Below, piece after piece: positions 41,515 through 50,637 of a stretch of DNA of 64,000 nt. Positions within the stretch are counted from its first letter, which is position 1. Every line of letters begins with the position of its first letter. Source of the DNA: Bacillota bacterium (GTDB lineage Bacteria > Bacillota > UBA4882 > UBA8346). The DNA is taken from NCBI GenBank assembly GCA_012728785.1, contig JAAYEK010000151.1, positions 3,096 to 67,095 of the forward strand, given 5' to 3'. The position numbers and the translations under genes are program-made. The notes under the pieces were generated by a model. It did no database searches. It was not told the origin of the DNA and was given only the letters and a program-made list of their open reading frames with translations.

Positions 41515-41552
41515 AGGGGCTGTTGCAAATATAGCATTTTGCAACAGCCCCT
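41515..41552. terminator. Strong palindrome (terminator, possibly IS-end/MITE-derived)
   Basis: aggggctgttgcaaa...tttgcaacagcccct long stem. Confidence 0.65.
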
Positions 41553-41559
41553 TCTTGGT

Positions 41560-41760
41560 TTATACTGTAACTCGTTTTTTCTTTTTTTGACTTGAAGCGG
41601 CTTTCTTGGTTGATGCCGCTTTCGAATTTTCGGTATTACCCGCTGCCGGCCGGGCCGCCCTAGCTTTTGCGTCGACGATCTTCTCGGCCTTTCCGGCGTA
41701 ATAATAGAAAACACCAAAGAATAACAGCACTACGATTACGGTGTAAGCTTCAAAACTCAT
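41560..41760 (-). CDS. Small membrane protein (TM plus basic tail)
   Basis: GGAGG RBS, one hydrophobic helix, followed by the terminator palindrome. Confidence 0.6.
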   Translation of the reverse strand: MSFEAYTVIVVLLFFGVFYYYAGKAEKIVDAKARAARPAAGNTENSKAASTKKAASSQKKKKRVTV

Positions 41761-41780
41761 TTAAATACCTCCTGATTGGC

Positions 41781-42173
41781 TTAATTGATGATCTTTATAG
41801 CAAACTGCCGATCAAGAGACGCGTCTTCCGCACAATTGCGGGAGATGCGATAGAAATTGTAGAAAAAGTCAATCACCTTATCGGTAATGATTGTCTGGGA
41901 AGTTTTTTTGCAATACCGATCGCTATCTTGATAATCGATCCCCGCATCAATTTTTTGATAAAGGACCGTTCTGCCGCATATTTTTAAGGGATTGTTCTTC
42001 TTGTCGTTACCGGTGGTCAAATACAAATCGGCGGTGTTCGGTAACCCAATCGATTGGAACGGTCCGTTTACTTTAGGATTATTATAGGGGTAATCATTGA
42101 CGGCCGCAAAATAGCTGAGGATCAAAAGTAATCCGCAGAGGACGGCTACTATTGAACGGTATTTACGCATCAA
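41781..42173 (-). CDS. Hypothetical protein with N-terminal signal/TM
   Basis: GGGGG RBS, upstream SigA promoter, hydrophobic N-terminus. Confidence 0.5.
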   Translation of the reverse strand: MMRKYRSIVAVLCGLLLILSYFAAVNDYPYNNPKVNGPFQSIGLPNTADLYLTTGNDKKNNPLKICGRTVLYQKIDAGIDYQDSDRYCKKTSQTIITDKVIDFFYNFYRISRNCAEDASLDRQFAIKIIN

Positions 42174-42218
42174 GACCCCCCCTTCAAATTACGGTTTAAT
42201 TACACTTATTTCACTTAT

Positions 42219-42247
42219 ATTATAGTTAACTTCGGGTTGTTGTGCAA
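42219..42247 (-). promoter_or_regulatory. SigA-type promoter
   Basis: TTGCAC-N17-TATAAT on the minus strand. Confidence 0.6.
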
Positions 42248-42278
42248 TGTGCAAGTACAATTTACAACTATTAACTCT

Positions 42279-42492
42279 GCCAACCCTCATTCTATCTTTC
42301 TTCCTCTAGGGAGAAACGAACTGTGGTTCTGTCAGTATTTGTTTGGCATAAACTTCACTGCACCTCTATAAGCCGTTGCAAACCCCGAAATCCGCAGCCC
42401 TTCCCCATATTTCCCACAACAATCTTTATCGGATTATCACCTGATCCACTTTCGTTCCTCCCTTTAGGGAGGAAGCAAGTTGGAGGGTTGGC
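42279..42492. repeat. Pair of inverted ~47-nt REP-like elements
   Basis: + strand gccaaccctc...cttcctctagggagaaacgaactgtgg (42279-42326) and - strand gccaaccctc...cttcctccctaaagggaggaacgaaagtgg (42446-42492); the latter carries a ttcctccct/agggaggaa palindrome. Confidence 0.6.
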
Positions 42493-42598
42493 GAAGATTT
42501 TTTTCAATCTCTTCCAAAACAAACTCCATTCGGCTAAAAACATCTTCATTCTTAAAACGGATCACTTTTATTCCGTATTATTCAATAGCCTTTTGCTC
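42464..42598 (-). pseudogene. 3' remnant of a DUF559 (Vsr-like endonuclease) gene
   Basis: Reads EQKAIE*YGIKVIRFKNEDVFSRMEFVLEEIEKNL, resembling the G(I/Y)xVIRFxNxxV...VLEEI C-terminus of DUF559; internal stop and no 5' part. Confidence 0.6.
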
Positions 42599-42690
42599 TC
42601 CTTACTCTCTCAGGTCCTATTCACAAATAAATATAACTAATATATAGTTTATTTAGATTGACATCATTGATAAACTCGGGAAGGTATTAA

Positions 42691-43116
42691 ATGTCTTATT
42701 CAACAACCCTACATACTGCAGTCGGTATATTGGCGTTGATCAGCATCAAAATGAAGGAATACCATTATGAATTCGTATCAACGAAGTTAATATCGGAGCA
42801 TTTAAAAATTCCTGCCCCGACTGTGGTTAAGGCGCTTAAAAACCTAAACGCAGCAGGTATTATCGATACCAAAGAAGGCGCCAGGGGCGGAGTATTACTG
42901 GCAAAACCGCTTTCCGAGATAACGTTGTTGGATATATTCCTAGCTGTTGAACCAGGGAAGCCTTTGTTTAAAACCATCTCCGATTATCCCCTTAAAGGTA
43001 GAGAAGTGGAGATCATCAAGGCAAGATTGTTTAATAGTTTACAAAATGCCGAAAAGGCTATGATGGAGTCATTGAAAACATTAACCTTGGAAGATTTGTT
43101 TAATCTCGATCTGTAA
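42691..43116 (+). CDS. Rrf2 family transcriptional regulator (Cys-free)
   Basis: wHTH GIIDTKEGARGGVLLAKPLSEITLLDIFLAVE; no cysteine ligands. Confidence 0.9.
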   Translation: MSYSTTLHTAVGILALISIKMKEYHYEFVSTKLISEHLKIPAPTVVKALKNLNAAGIIDTKEGARGGVLLAKPLSEITLLDIFLAVEPGKPLFKTISDYPLKGREVEIIKARLFNSLQNAEKAMMESLKTLTLEDLFNLDL

Positions 43117-43213
43117 AATAGAACTATTGAACCTTTGGTTCATTTTTTTAAAGACAAACTAGATCTAATCTATATATAGTATATAAATAATAATATTTAA
43201 CGGAGGTATCAGC

Positions 43214-44587
43214 ATGACTATTAATTATGGCAAATTACTAGCAAGCCAGAGAAACTGGTTTTCCACAGGGAAATCCGGAGAAATTGGTTTTCGGATCAAA
43301 GCCCTAAAAATATTGAAACAAACTATTATTAAACGCACTGACGAAATCATGGCCGCTCTGGAGAAAGATTTCGGCAAGAGCCGGTTTGAGACCTTCACCA
43401 GTGAAATTATGGCGGCTATCGAAGAGATCAACCTAGCGGTTAAAAATTTGCATTCATGGGCTGCTCCGCTAAGAGTAAAAACTCCCATTACATACTTTAA
43501 AGCGAAAAGCCGGATTTATTATGAGCCTTTTGGAGTCGTTCTGGTAATATCGGCCTGGAATTACCCCTTTCAACTAACAATAACTCCTTTAATCGGCGCA
43601 ATCTCAGCCGGTAATTGCTGTGTGGTAAAGCCTTCGGAGTTGTCGCCCAACACCTCGAAAATTGTAACCTCGATAATTAGGGATTCTTTCCCGGAGGAAT
43701 ATTGCGCAGCGGTTGAAGGTGGAATCGAGGAAACGACAGCTTTGCTCAAAGAAAAATTTGACTTTATTCATTATACAGGAAGCACCCGCGTGGGGAGGAT
43801 AATCGCCCAGGCGGCCGCTGAACATTTAACCCCGGCCGTACTGGAGATGGGCGGAAAAAGTCCTTGTATCGTCGATGATACCGCTGATCTAAAAATTTCT
43901 GCCCGCAGAATAGCCTGGGGCAAATTCTTAAACGCCGGTCAAACTTGTGTAGCTCCTGATTATCTGATAGTACATAAAGCGATTAAAGCACCATTGTTGC
44001 AAGCTCTTCAAGAACAAATTAAAGCTTTCTACGGAGATGCTCCGGAAAAAAACAGCGATTACTGCCGGGTCATTAGTCAAAGACATTTTGACCGGCTGTC
44101 AACCTTCTTGAAAAACGGCGCTATTGTCAGTGGCGGAACTACGGACCGGGATCAGTTATACATTGAGCCGACTTTGCTTGATAAGATATCATGGGATGAT
44201 CCTATAATGCAGGAAGAGATATTCGGCCCGATACTTCCGGTTTTGGAATATGAGGATTTGTCCGAGGTGATCGCAACGATCAATGGCCATAGCAAGCCTC
44301 TAGCCCTTTATTTCTTCTCCAAGGACAAGCAAGCCCAAAAAAGAATCCTTAGGGAGGTTCCTTTCGGCGGCGGCTGTATCAATACGACTCTAATGCACAC
44401 CGCCAACCCGCATTTACCCTTTGGAGGAGTCGGCGAAAGTGGCATCGGTAGTTATCATGGAAGGTAGAGCTTTGAAACTTTTTCTCATAAAAAAAGCGTC
44501 TTAGACAAATCGACACTAATTGATCCCCTCTTGCCTTATCCGCCTTACCAAAACAAGGTTAACTTTTTAAAGAAATTATATAAATAA
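43214..44587 (+). pseudogene. Aldehyde dehydrogenase (ALDH3/YwdH-like) interrupted by an in-frame TAG at 44465-44467
   Basis: WNYP, YTGS, LEMGGKSP, NAGQTCVAPDY, EEIFGP; after YHGR* the frame continues SFETFSHKKSVL...PYPPY to TAA at 44587. Confidence 0.85.
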
Positions 44588-44719
44588 CTAGCGAAGTTAA
44601 TGTAGATTTCAATTTGGTCCCATTTGCCTTTGGCTTTAACCACGATGCTTAAATATTAACCGCGGACAGACACGAAATAGCTCTAATAAATTCTTCAAAT
44701 CTCAAGGTTTTATTCGGGT

Positions 44720-45394
44720 TCATAAGTGTTTATTCGCGGTTTCTGCGCATAACAAAACCCTTCCCAGCTCAGCAACGGACTCGACTATCTTATCCGCGCC
44801 TGCTTTCTCCAGTTCGTCCCGGTTGCCATAGCCGAACAAAACACCGATCGAATCGATCCCCGTCTCTTTGGCGCCGATTATGTCATACTCTCTGTCTCCG
44901 ATCATTACAGCTTTTGCAAGATCAATGCACTTACAATTCTCAAGAGCATCCTTGATAACCTCGCCTTTTTTGACCTTGGTCCCGTCCAGATTGCTTCCGA
45001 CAATGGTTGTGAAATACTTAGCGATCTTAAAATGCTCCAGGATTTGTTCAGCGAAGACTTTCGGTTTGGAGGTAGCCACCAACAGCATTTTTCCATGGTC
45101 CGTTAATTTCTCCAGCAGCTCTTCGATGCCATCATAAACCTGATTCTCAAAGATGCCCTTTTCCCGGTAATATTCTCGATAGTATTCCACGGCATTTACG
45201 GCCTCAGCCTTGGAAAACCCATAAAAATTCTCGAAGGAATCGGTTAACGGAGGACCGATGAATTTATATAATTGACTCCGGTCGTTAACTTCGATACCGT
45301 ATTTTTTAAGAGCATGCATCACCGAATTGGTGATCCCCAGCACCGGATCGGTCAAAGTGCCGTCCAGATCAAATAATAAGTATTGGTAGCCCAT
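44720..45394 (-). CDS. HAD-superfamily phosphatase (phosphoglycolate phosphatase/5'-nucleotidase-like)
   Basis: FDLDGTLTD, FIGPPL, ATSKP, MIGDREYDIIGA; AGGAG RBS before ATG 45394. Confidence 0.9.
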   Translation of the reverse strand: MGYQYLLFDLDGTLTDPVLGITNSVMHALKKYGIEVNDRSQLYKFIGPPLTDSFENFYGFSKAEAVNAVEYYREYYREKGIFENQVYDGIEELLEKLTDHGKMLLVATSKPKVFAEQILEHFKIAKYFTTIVGSNLDGTKVKKGEVIKDALENCKCIDLAKAVMIGDREYDIIGAKETGIDSIGVLFGYGNRDELEKAGADKIVESVAELGRVLLCAETANKHL

Positions 45395-45437
45395 ATCGTT
45401 TCTCCTTATATTAAAAAGGACAAAACCTCCAGTTAAA

Positions 45438-45608
45438 TTACGATAGCCATATCTTGCAAATATAGTATTGCTTATTAGAGCCAATTGGTTTACATGCCGC
45501 CAATAGTGTATCTGGTAATGTTTCATCTAAAATTCCATTATTTTTCGGCAAATAATAGTGCAGCACCAGCATCAGCGCTACTATAATTAAACACATTATT
45601 TTTTGCAT
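45438..45608 (-). CDS. Small exported protein or truncated cassette gene
   Basis: AGAGGG RBS, signal-peptide-like MQKIMCLIIVALMLVL, only 56 aa. Confidence 0.35.
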   Translation of the reverse strand: MQKIMCLIIVALMLVLHYYLPKNNGILDETLPDTLLAACKPIGSNKQYYICKIWLS

Positions 45609-45636
45609 CGTAATTTTACACCCTCTTTTTACGTTC

Positions 45637-46479
45637 TCAAGCGCTAAAACTTGGACAAGAATCCAGCAAAGGATAATTAAATATTTCAAATTTCACTTGA
45701 CCATCTTTAGTCAAAATACCGCTGAATACCATTTTTTCTTCATACTTTGAATTGTTATTGAGAAAATCCGTCCATTCTTTTCTACGGAGCATTCTTTTTT
45801 CCAAGTGAACGGTAATTTTATTTCCTTCTACTTGATAAGTGCCTTTATAAATTAACTTGGGAATATTGGTATCATGGTTTATAAAAAATTTATTATCATA
45901 AAACCAAAATTCTACTTGTTTATTTTTAGAAAATTTCGCGCCACCTACAAAGTTATAGATCCCTTCTCCAACGATATACCATTCTAACCCAGTCAAAATT
46001 TCTTCAACATCAACTGTTTTGGTAGGAGAAAGACCAATAAGGATTAAATAACGGAAATCCTTTCGGATTATATCTAAATCCGGATCAGTTTTAATTTTTA
46101 GAATGTAAGCCGGATTTAGTTTCTTTACTATTTGTAAATGCTCGAAAATCTCTTCGTAATGATCATATCCAAACTCTTCATCGCTTTTTGCCAATACTCC
46201 TATGGTGCAAGCATAGTTATAATGCGCTAAATAGTATGTGTTATCACTTGTGAATGATTTCTTAAACAAATCCAAAGCTTCTTCATATTTACCCTCTTTA
46301 TACAGTTTAAAACCCTTATTATTTAGATCAATAGCTGCTTCTCGATGACTAGTCGGCGAGTTAGTTTTTATCGAATCTGCTTGAGAAATAAAGGGTTGAT
46401 TTATAATAAGGCATAAAGCAAAACAAAATATAGTTAGTATCATAATCTTTAATTGTAAATAACGGATCATCCTTATCAC
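45637..46479 (-). CDS. Exported TPR-repeat protein (candidate immunity protein)
   Basis: N-terminal hydrophobic signal; TPR LNNKGFKLYKEGKYEEALDLFKK...AHYNYAC...DPDLDIIR; directly downstream of the amidase. Confidence 0.7.
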   Translation of the reverse strand: MIRMIRYLQLKIMILTIFCFALCLIINQPFISQADSIKTNSPTSHREAAIDLNNKGFKLYKEGKYEEALDLFKKSFTSDNTYYLAHYNYACTIGVLAKSDEEFGYDHYEEIFEHLQIVKKLNPAYILKIKTDPDLDIIRKDFRYLILIGLSPTKTVDVEEILTGLEWYIVGEGIYNFVGGAKFSKNKQVEFWFYDNKFFINHDTNIPKLIYKGTYQVEGNKITVHLEKRMLRRKEWTDFLNNNSKYEEKMVFSGILTKDGQVKFEIFNYPLLDSCPSFSA

Positions 46480-46514
46480 CTCTTATTATTTCTTTAGTTA
46501 TAACCAAAGTAAAA

Positions 46515-47516
46515 TCAATGCTTCATTGCTGTTTTTACATCATTTTTAAACTTCTCCCAATTCGAATTATTTTCTCCATAAAATAATTTTGGACAATCTT
46601 TCTTAGCAAAATCATAATGTCGCAACAAACCATTTTGAACATCTAATTGATATTGTTTAAGCCTATCAGCAACTAAACGAACAAGGGTTGTATATGTTTT
46701 TGTACTAAAATTTCCTTCTGCATCTATTGGTTCAACTTCAATAGAAATAGCCCAATCATTATGATTGCGTTCCTCTTTCCCATTTCTAGTTATGAAGAAA
46801 CGTTTTTTACAAAGTTCGGTAATATTCTCAGGATGTTTTTTATCCCACCCATTAGCAAATGCTGTCTCTTCTTCAGGAACTATCAATAAAGCTTCTCCAT
46901 CAACACCAATAATATAATTGGAACTCACATCCTTATTCGTAATAAACCAATTTCGTGTTGCTTCTACTTTTTGATTAGGCGCAGCAGTCCAATGCACAAC
47001 AATAGCTTTTATTCCACCCGTTCTACGAGCACGCCTATTCCATGCCTCTCCATTCTTATATAATAAATTAGTAGTAATAGAATAATACATTTGTTCTTTA
47101 TTATAATAATTAATAGGTGGTATTGATTCTTGAGATTCTTTCTTCTTTTCCGGTGTTGTTTTTACCGGAAACGCTATCGCCTCATCCGATTCCAAGCATT
47201 GATTATGCTTCTCAATACTTATTACCCCACCCTTAACGCATTTCATTTTAGAATTATGCATGAGGGCCGATGCGCCTTCAATAATTACATCGTTTTTCCA
47301 ACTCTTCCACGGACCTTATAGCGACAGCCTGCATTGGTGATATTTCGGTATGCTGCAAAAATTAAATTTGTGAATACTTTTAGTAGTATAGTCATTAACA
47401 TTCGCTTGAGGCTTGCCTTGGATAAAAGTATTCCGCCCCGGAGTGACTTTTAGTTTACACGTCCCGCCTTTACTACATTTCAGAGTTGCTCCATCTACAA
47501 CATAACTGGTAGCCAT
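46515..47516 (-). pseudogene. DUF4280 (PAAR-like) tip fused to N-acetylmuramoyl-L-alanine amidase (Amidase_2); one in-frame TAA at 47316-47318
   Basis: YVVDGATLKCSKG...FNFCS...CRLSL*GPWKSWKNDVIIEGASALMHNSKMKCVKGGVISI forms a complete four-Cys DUF4280; then AIVVHWTA, SSNYIIG, ISIEV, RHYD...KDCP amidase motifs, all in one frame; GGAGG RBS. Confidence 0.85.
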
Positions 47517-47543
47517 TGTAAACACCTCCTCGGATATTCATAC

Positions 47544-48581
47544 TTAAAGCTTTATTTTCTCAATAACGCTATCATGACTTAAATATAATAAATCTCCGAT
47601 TACCTTCTTACTAAAATACCGGCAAGTATAGCGCTTATTTAATAAGCTTTTACCTTCAAAGGAATAAATTTTGACATTGGTTTTGCTTTGATTATTATTA
47701 TCCATTGAGGTTTCCGTACAGATAAACTTATTTAATAAATATTCAATATGAAAACCGCTTAAATTAAGAAAGTTCTTCTTCTGTTCAATGACTTTTAAAC
47801 TTTTCATTGATAATAATTGTATAGTTTTTTCTTCAACGAAGAGTAGTGTATTATCTCTTTTAAACAGCCCTAATATGCCACCATCCGTTAAGAATGTTAA
47901 ATTAATTTGTTCAAAATTTGAATTATATTTTTTTAGTTGTGGTTTAGTTTTAAAATTAAGATGAATTGCGTAAATATTACCTTCTTGATCAATTACAGAA
48001 TTAACTATGTAGTCGTTATTTTTCTTTTGAAGCAGCTTACCATCTTTGATAAAATAGGATTTTTTATCTTCAGTATTAAATAGAACGTTCTTATAATCTT
48101 CAGAAATAGAATAATCGTTAATTCCTGTTTCAAAAACGTATTTCCAAATATCAACACCTTTTTCAGGATCGATTTTTCTTATCTCTCCACAATCATTGGT
48201 TACCGGCCCGGCTTCATTAATTAGTAATAATATCTCATTTTTTATTTTTATCAAATAATTTCCTTTAATCTCCCACAATTTATTTAAATCCAAATTAAGC
48301 CCAACTATATATCCCTCTGTTTCTAAAATAATAGTATTTTTACAAGTCTCTATAGCGAATGGTTGGTCTTTTATTGGAATAGATTTTATTAGTTTTAATC
48401 CATTATCATACTTGTTTAAAAAATACTTCTCGCTTGATTCTTGATGAATTACATACCAAGTACTATTATTGATCTCAAAATCAACTATGTTATTTGAAAA
48501 TTTTATTTCTTTACCTTGTGTGTTTTGCTGATTCAAGATAATTAAGAATACAAAAAATAAACTGATGAAAAATTTTTTCAT
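47544..48581 (-). CDS. Exported beta-propeller-like protein (candidate immunity protein)
   Basis: Sec signal MKKFFISLFFVFLIIL; PQQ-like blades (LNLDLNKLWEIK, IDPEKGVDIWKY, IYSFEGKSL); AT-rich. Confidence 0.65.
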   Translation of the reverse strand: MKKFFISLFFVFLIILNQQNTQGKEIKFSNNIVDFEINNSTWYVIHQESSEKYFLNKYDNGLKLIKSIPIKDQPFAIETCKNTIILETEGYIVGLNLDLNKLWEIKGNYLIKIKNEILLLINEAGPVTNDCGEIRKIDPEKGVDIWKYVFETGINDYSISEDYKNVLFNTEDKKSYFIKDGKLLQKKNNDYIVNSVIDQEGNIYAIHLNFKTKPQLKKYNSNFEQINLTFLTDGGILGLFKRDNTLLFVEEKTIQLLSMKSLKVIEQKKNFLNLSGFHIEYLLNKFICTETSMDNNNQSKTNVKIYSFEGKSLLNKRYTCRYFSKKVIGDLLYLSHDSVIEKIKL

Positions 48582-48612
48582 CTTTATCTCAACCCTTTCA
48601 GATTTTTTAACA

Positions 48613-50637
48613 CTATAGTAAAGGCTTCGTAATAAATTCAATTTCACCAGAATTTATAAGTTTTTCCGGATTGATATGTTTACCATCCTTCCTTGCAGTG
48701 ATATGAACATGAATTCCCATATTTTCAATTCCTTTAGCTGTGTTTCCCATTTTCCCTATTGCTTCTCCCTTTTTAACATTTACGCCTTTTTTAACGTAAA
48801 TCGTATCTACGTGACAATAACTAATTACTATTTCATCTACGTAACTAACTTGCACATACTTTCCTGATTTGTCTGTTACATTATCATGTACTGTTATTAC
48901 TATTCCTTCTCCAATCGATACTATATCTGGTTTTGTACCAGCTGGTATTGGCGCATAATCCGTTCCAGTATGCCATGTACTAGCACCTTCCGGAGCATCA
49001 GTTCTATAACCAACTCTAGAAGATACCCTATTTTGTCCCTTCACAGGATTAATCCAAGTATCAGCTTCTCCTTCTTTCTTTTTTACATTTTTTTCAGAAT
49101 TAATTCGGTTAGCATCTTTCCCTTGTTCCTTCCTTACCTTCGACCCGAAAATATGAATCATCCCGCTTTTTTCATTCTCATTCAACACCACCTTACTTTG
49201 GCCGCATTTAATATCAACCGCCTTTTTGGCGCTGATCGATACTTTCCTGCCTGCTTGCAAGTTCAGGTTGCCCTTGGACCGGATCTCCAGTTCATTATGG
49301 CTGGAGATGGTAACTCCCTTATCTTGGTCAAGCCGGATCTGCAAATTGGCTTCCTTTCCAGAGAGAGTTATCCCGGTTTGGTTCAATGCCAGTTCTTTCC
49401 GATGGTTGGTCCGGAACATTTTGGTATAAAGATGATCAACTAATCGTTCTCGATCTCTTTCAAGCCGCGTCGAACTGACAACAACCGCTTTATCCTCATT
49501 AGTTGAGGAGAATCGTATTTTTACATAATCTCCGAGTTCCGGCAGGCAATAAAACCCGGTGTGATTCTCAGCGCTATAATAGGTAGCATAAGGAAGCCAG
49601 GCCGCTTCTTCGGGAGGGGTGGGGTCATCAAAGTTGATTCTTACTTTGACCTTATCCTTGAGAGGATCATCATCCGGGCCGCCTACGTCAATCACATGTC
49701 CGTCCAAGGTTACTCCCGGCAGCTGCCGGTTATACCGGGGTTTCTGACGTAGTCCCCCATAAGGAGTTACTATTGTTTCAAAGTACAGTTCGCTGCCACG
49801 GATATAGGCAGTGGAAAGATAAACATAAAGGGCCGGCTGGATTCCCGGAAGGGTGACGGTATCGCCGATATCTAAGAATTGATTGGTCCGTAGTTTGTAA
49901 TAGACGTATTCTTCCGGGATACTGGTTTGATCATAATTCGCTTTCACAATCTGATGTTTGTTGATTCTTTTGATAATCCATAAAATAAGTGGCTCATTAA
50001 TTGAATATTCCTTCCCCTCAGGCAAACCTACACACAAGGAAGGTTTGCCGGCAATCGGGTCCGGGACCAGTCCGGTCTGAAATCGGGAAGCCAATCGCTT
50101 TAGGAACTGCCAGTCAGTCTCTTGGTACTGTAAGGTGAATTGGCCCAGCTTCTTTGATTCTTTGCTGTTTTTCTCCATCAGTTCTTTACCGGCAGAAATA
50201 ACCGCCGGCCAACTACCTGCCGCAATTTTATCAAGGGCCTTTTGGTAAGGCATCTCCTTATTTTGAAAAGAACGCCGCCGTCGTACCATGTTCAGCCAAT
50301 AGGTTTCCGAAGACCCGTTCAGCTTCATATAATAGTAGTTTTCGCCGGGAACAAACCAAAGCTTGATACGGGTGGCTACTCCGGCAAAGATTAAGGCCGG
50401 GTCGGAATTCTCCCCGGTATAGGTGACTTTGATCCGAGTCTCCCGGCTAGCCCGGTATAGGAAAGTTTCTCTTTCGGAAACTTCCACTCGCCTTCCGGAA
50501 AAAAAGAGCTTGACGTGATCATTAAGCTTCTTGGTGATTCGAAGATGCTTAACGGAATTCGGGTTGATCTTTTCTTCCGTCCCATCCTCCCAAATTAGGG
50601 TGATGGCAATTTTTTGAGCAACTCCCAACGTTACCAC
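48613..50637 (-). CDS. VgrG/Pvc8-like injection spike with C-terminal M23 peptidase (evolved VgrG)
   Basis: gp27/GPD-like RRSFQN and LQYQETDWQFLKRLASRF; gp5 OB-fold WLPYAT..GFYCLPELGDYV; short beta-strand repeats; M23 HTGTD (HxxxD), YCH, HVH (HxH). True start may be TTG at 50628. Confidence 0.85.
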   Translation of the reverse strand: MVTLGVAQKIAITLIWEDGTEEKINPNSVKHLRITKKLNDHVKLFFSGRRVEVSERETFLYRASRETRIKVTYTGENSDPALIFAGVATRIKLWFVPGENYYYMKLNGSSETYWLNMVRRRRSFQNKEMPYQKALDKIAAGSWPAVISAGKELMEKNSKESKKLGQFTLQYQETDWQFLKRLASRFQTGLVPDPIAGKPSLCVGLPEGKEYSINEPLILWIIKRINKHQIVKANYDQTSIPEEYVYYKLRTNQFLDIGDTVTLPGIQPALYVYLSTAYIRGSELYFETIVTPYGGLRQKPRYNRQLPGVTLDGHVIDVGGPDDDPLKDKVKVRINFDDPTPPEEAAWLPYATYYSAENHTGFYCLPELGDYVKIRFSSTNEDKAVVVSSTRLERDRERLVDHLYTKMFRTNHRKELALNQTGITLSGKEANLQIRLDQDKGVTISSHNELEIRSKGNLNLQAGRKVSISAKKAVDIKCGQSKVVLNENEKSGMIHIFGSKVRKEQGKDANRINSEKNVKKKEGEADTWINPVKGQNRVSSRVGYRTDAPEGASTWHTGTDYAPIPAGTKPDIVSIGEGIVITVHDNVTDKSGKYVQVSYVDEIVISYCHVDTIYVKKGVNVKKGEAIGKMGNTAKGIENMGIHVHITARKDGKHINPEKLINSGEIEFITKPLL

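Noticed and set aside
42323..42640. ORFs 42323..42640(+) and 42355..42549(-) as real genes
   Set aside because: No motifs; the region is better explained by the DUF559 remnant in another frame plus repeats
43214..47516. Genome-wide stop-codon reassignment explaining the internal TAG and TAA
   Set aside because: TAG, TAA and TGA all terminate conserved genes at expected positions in this window, and the two internal stops differ
45438..50637. Prophage interpretation of the VgrG-like and amidase genes
   Set aside because: No capsid, portal, terminase, tape measure, holin or integrase; hydrolases are fused to spike/tip carriers and followed by exported proteins. Not fully excluded without the whole genome
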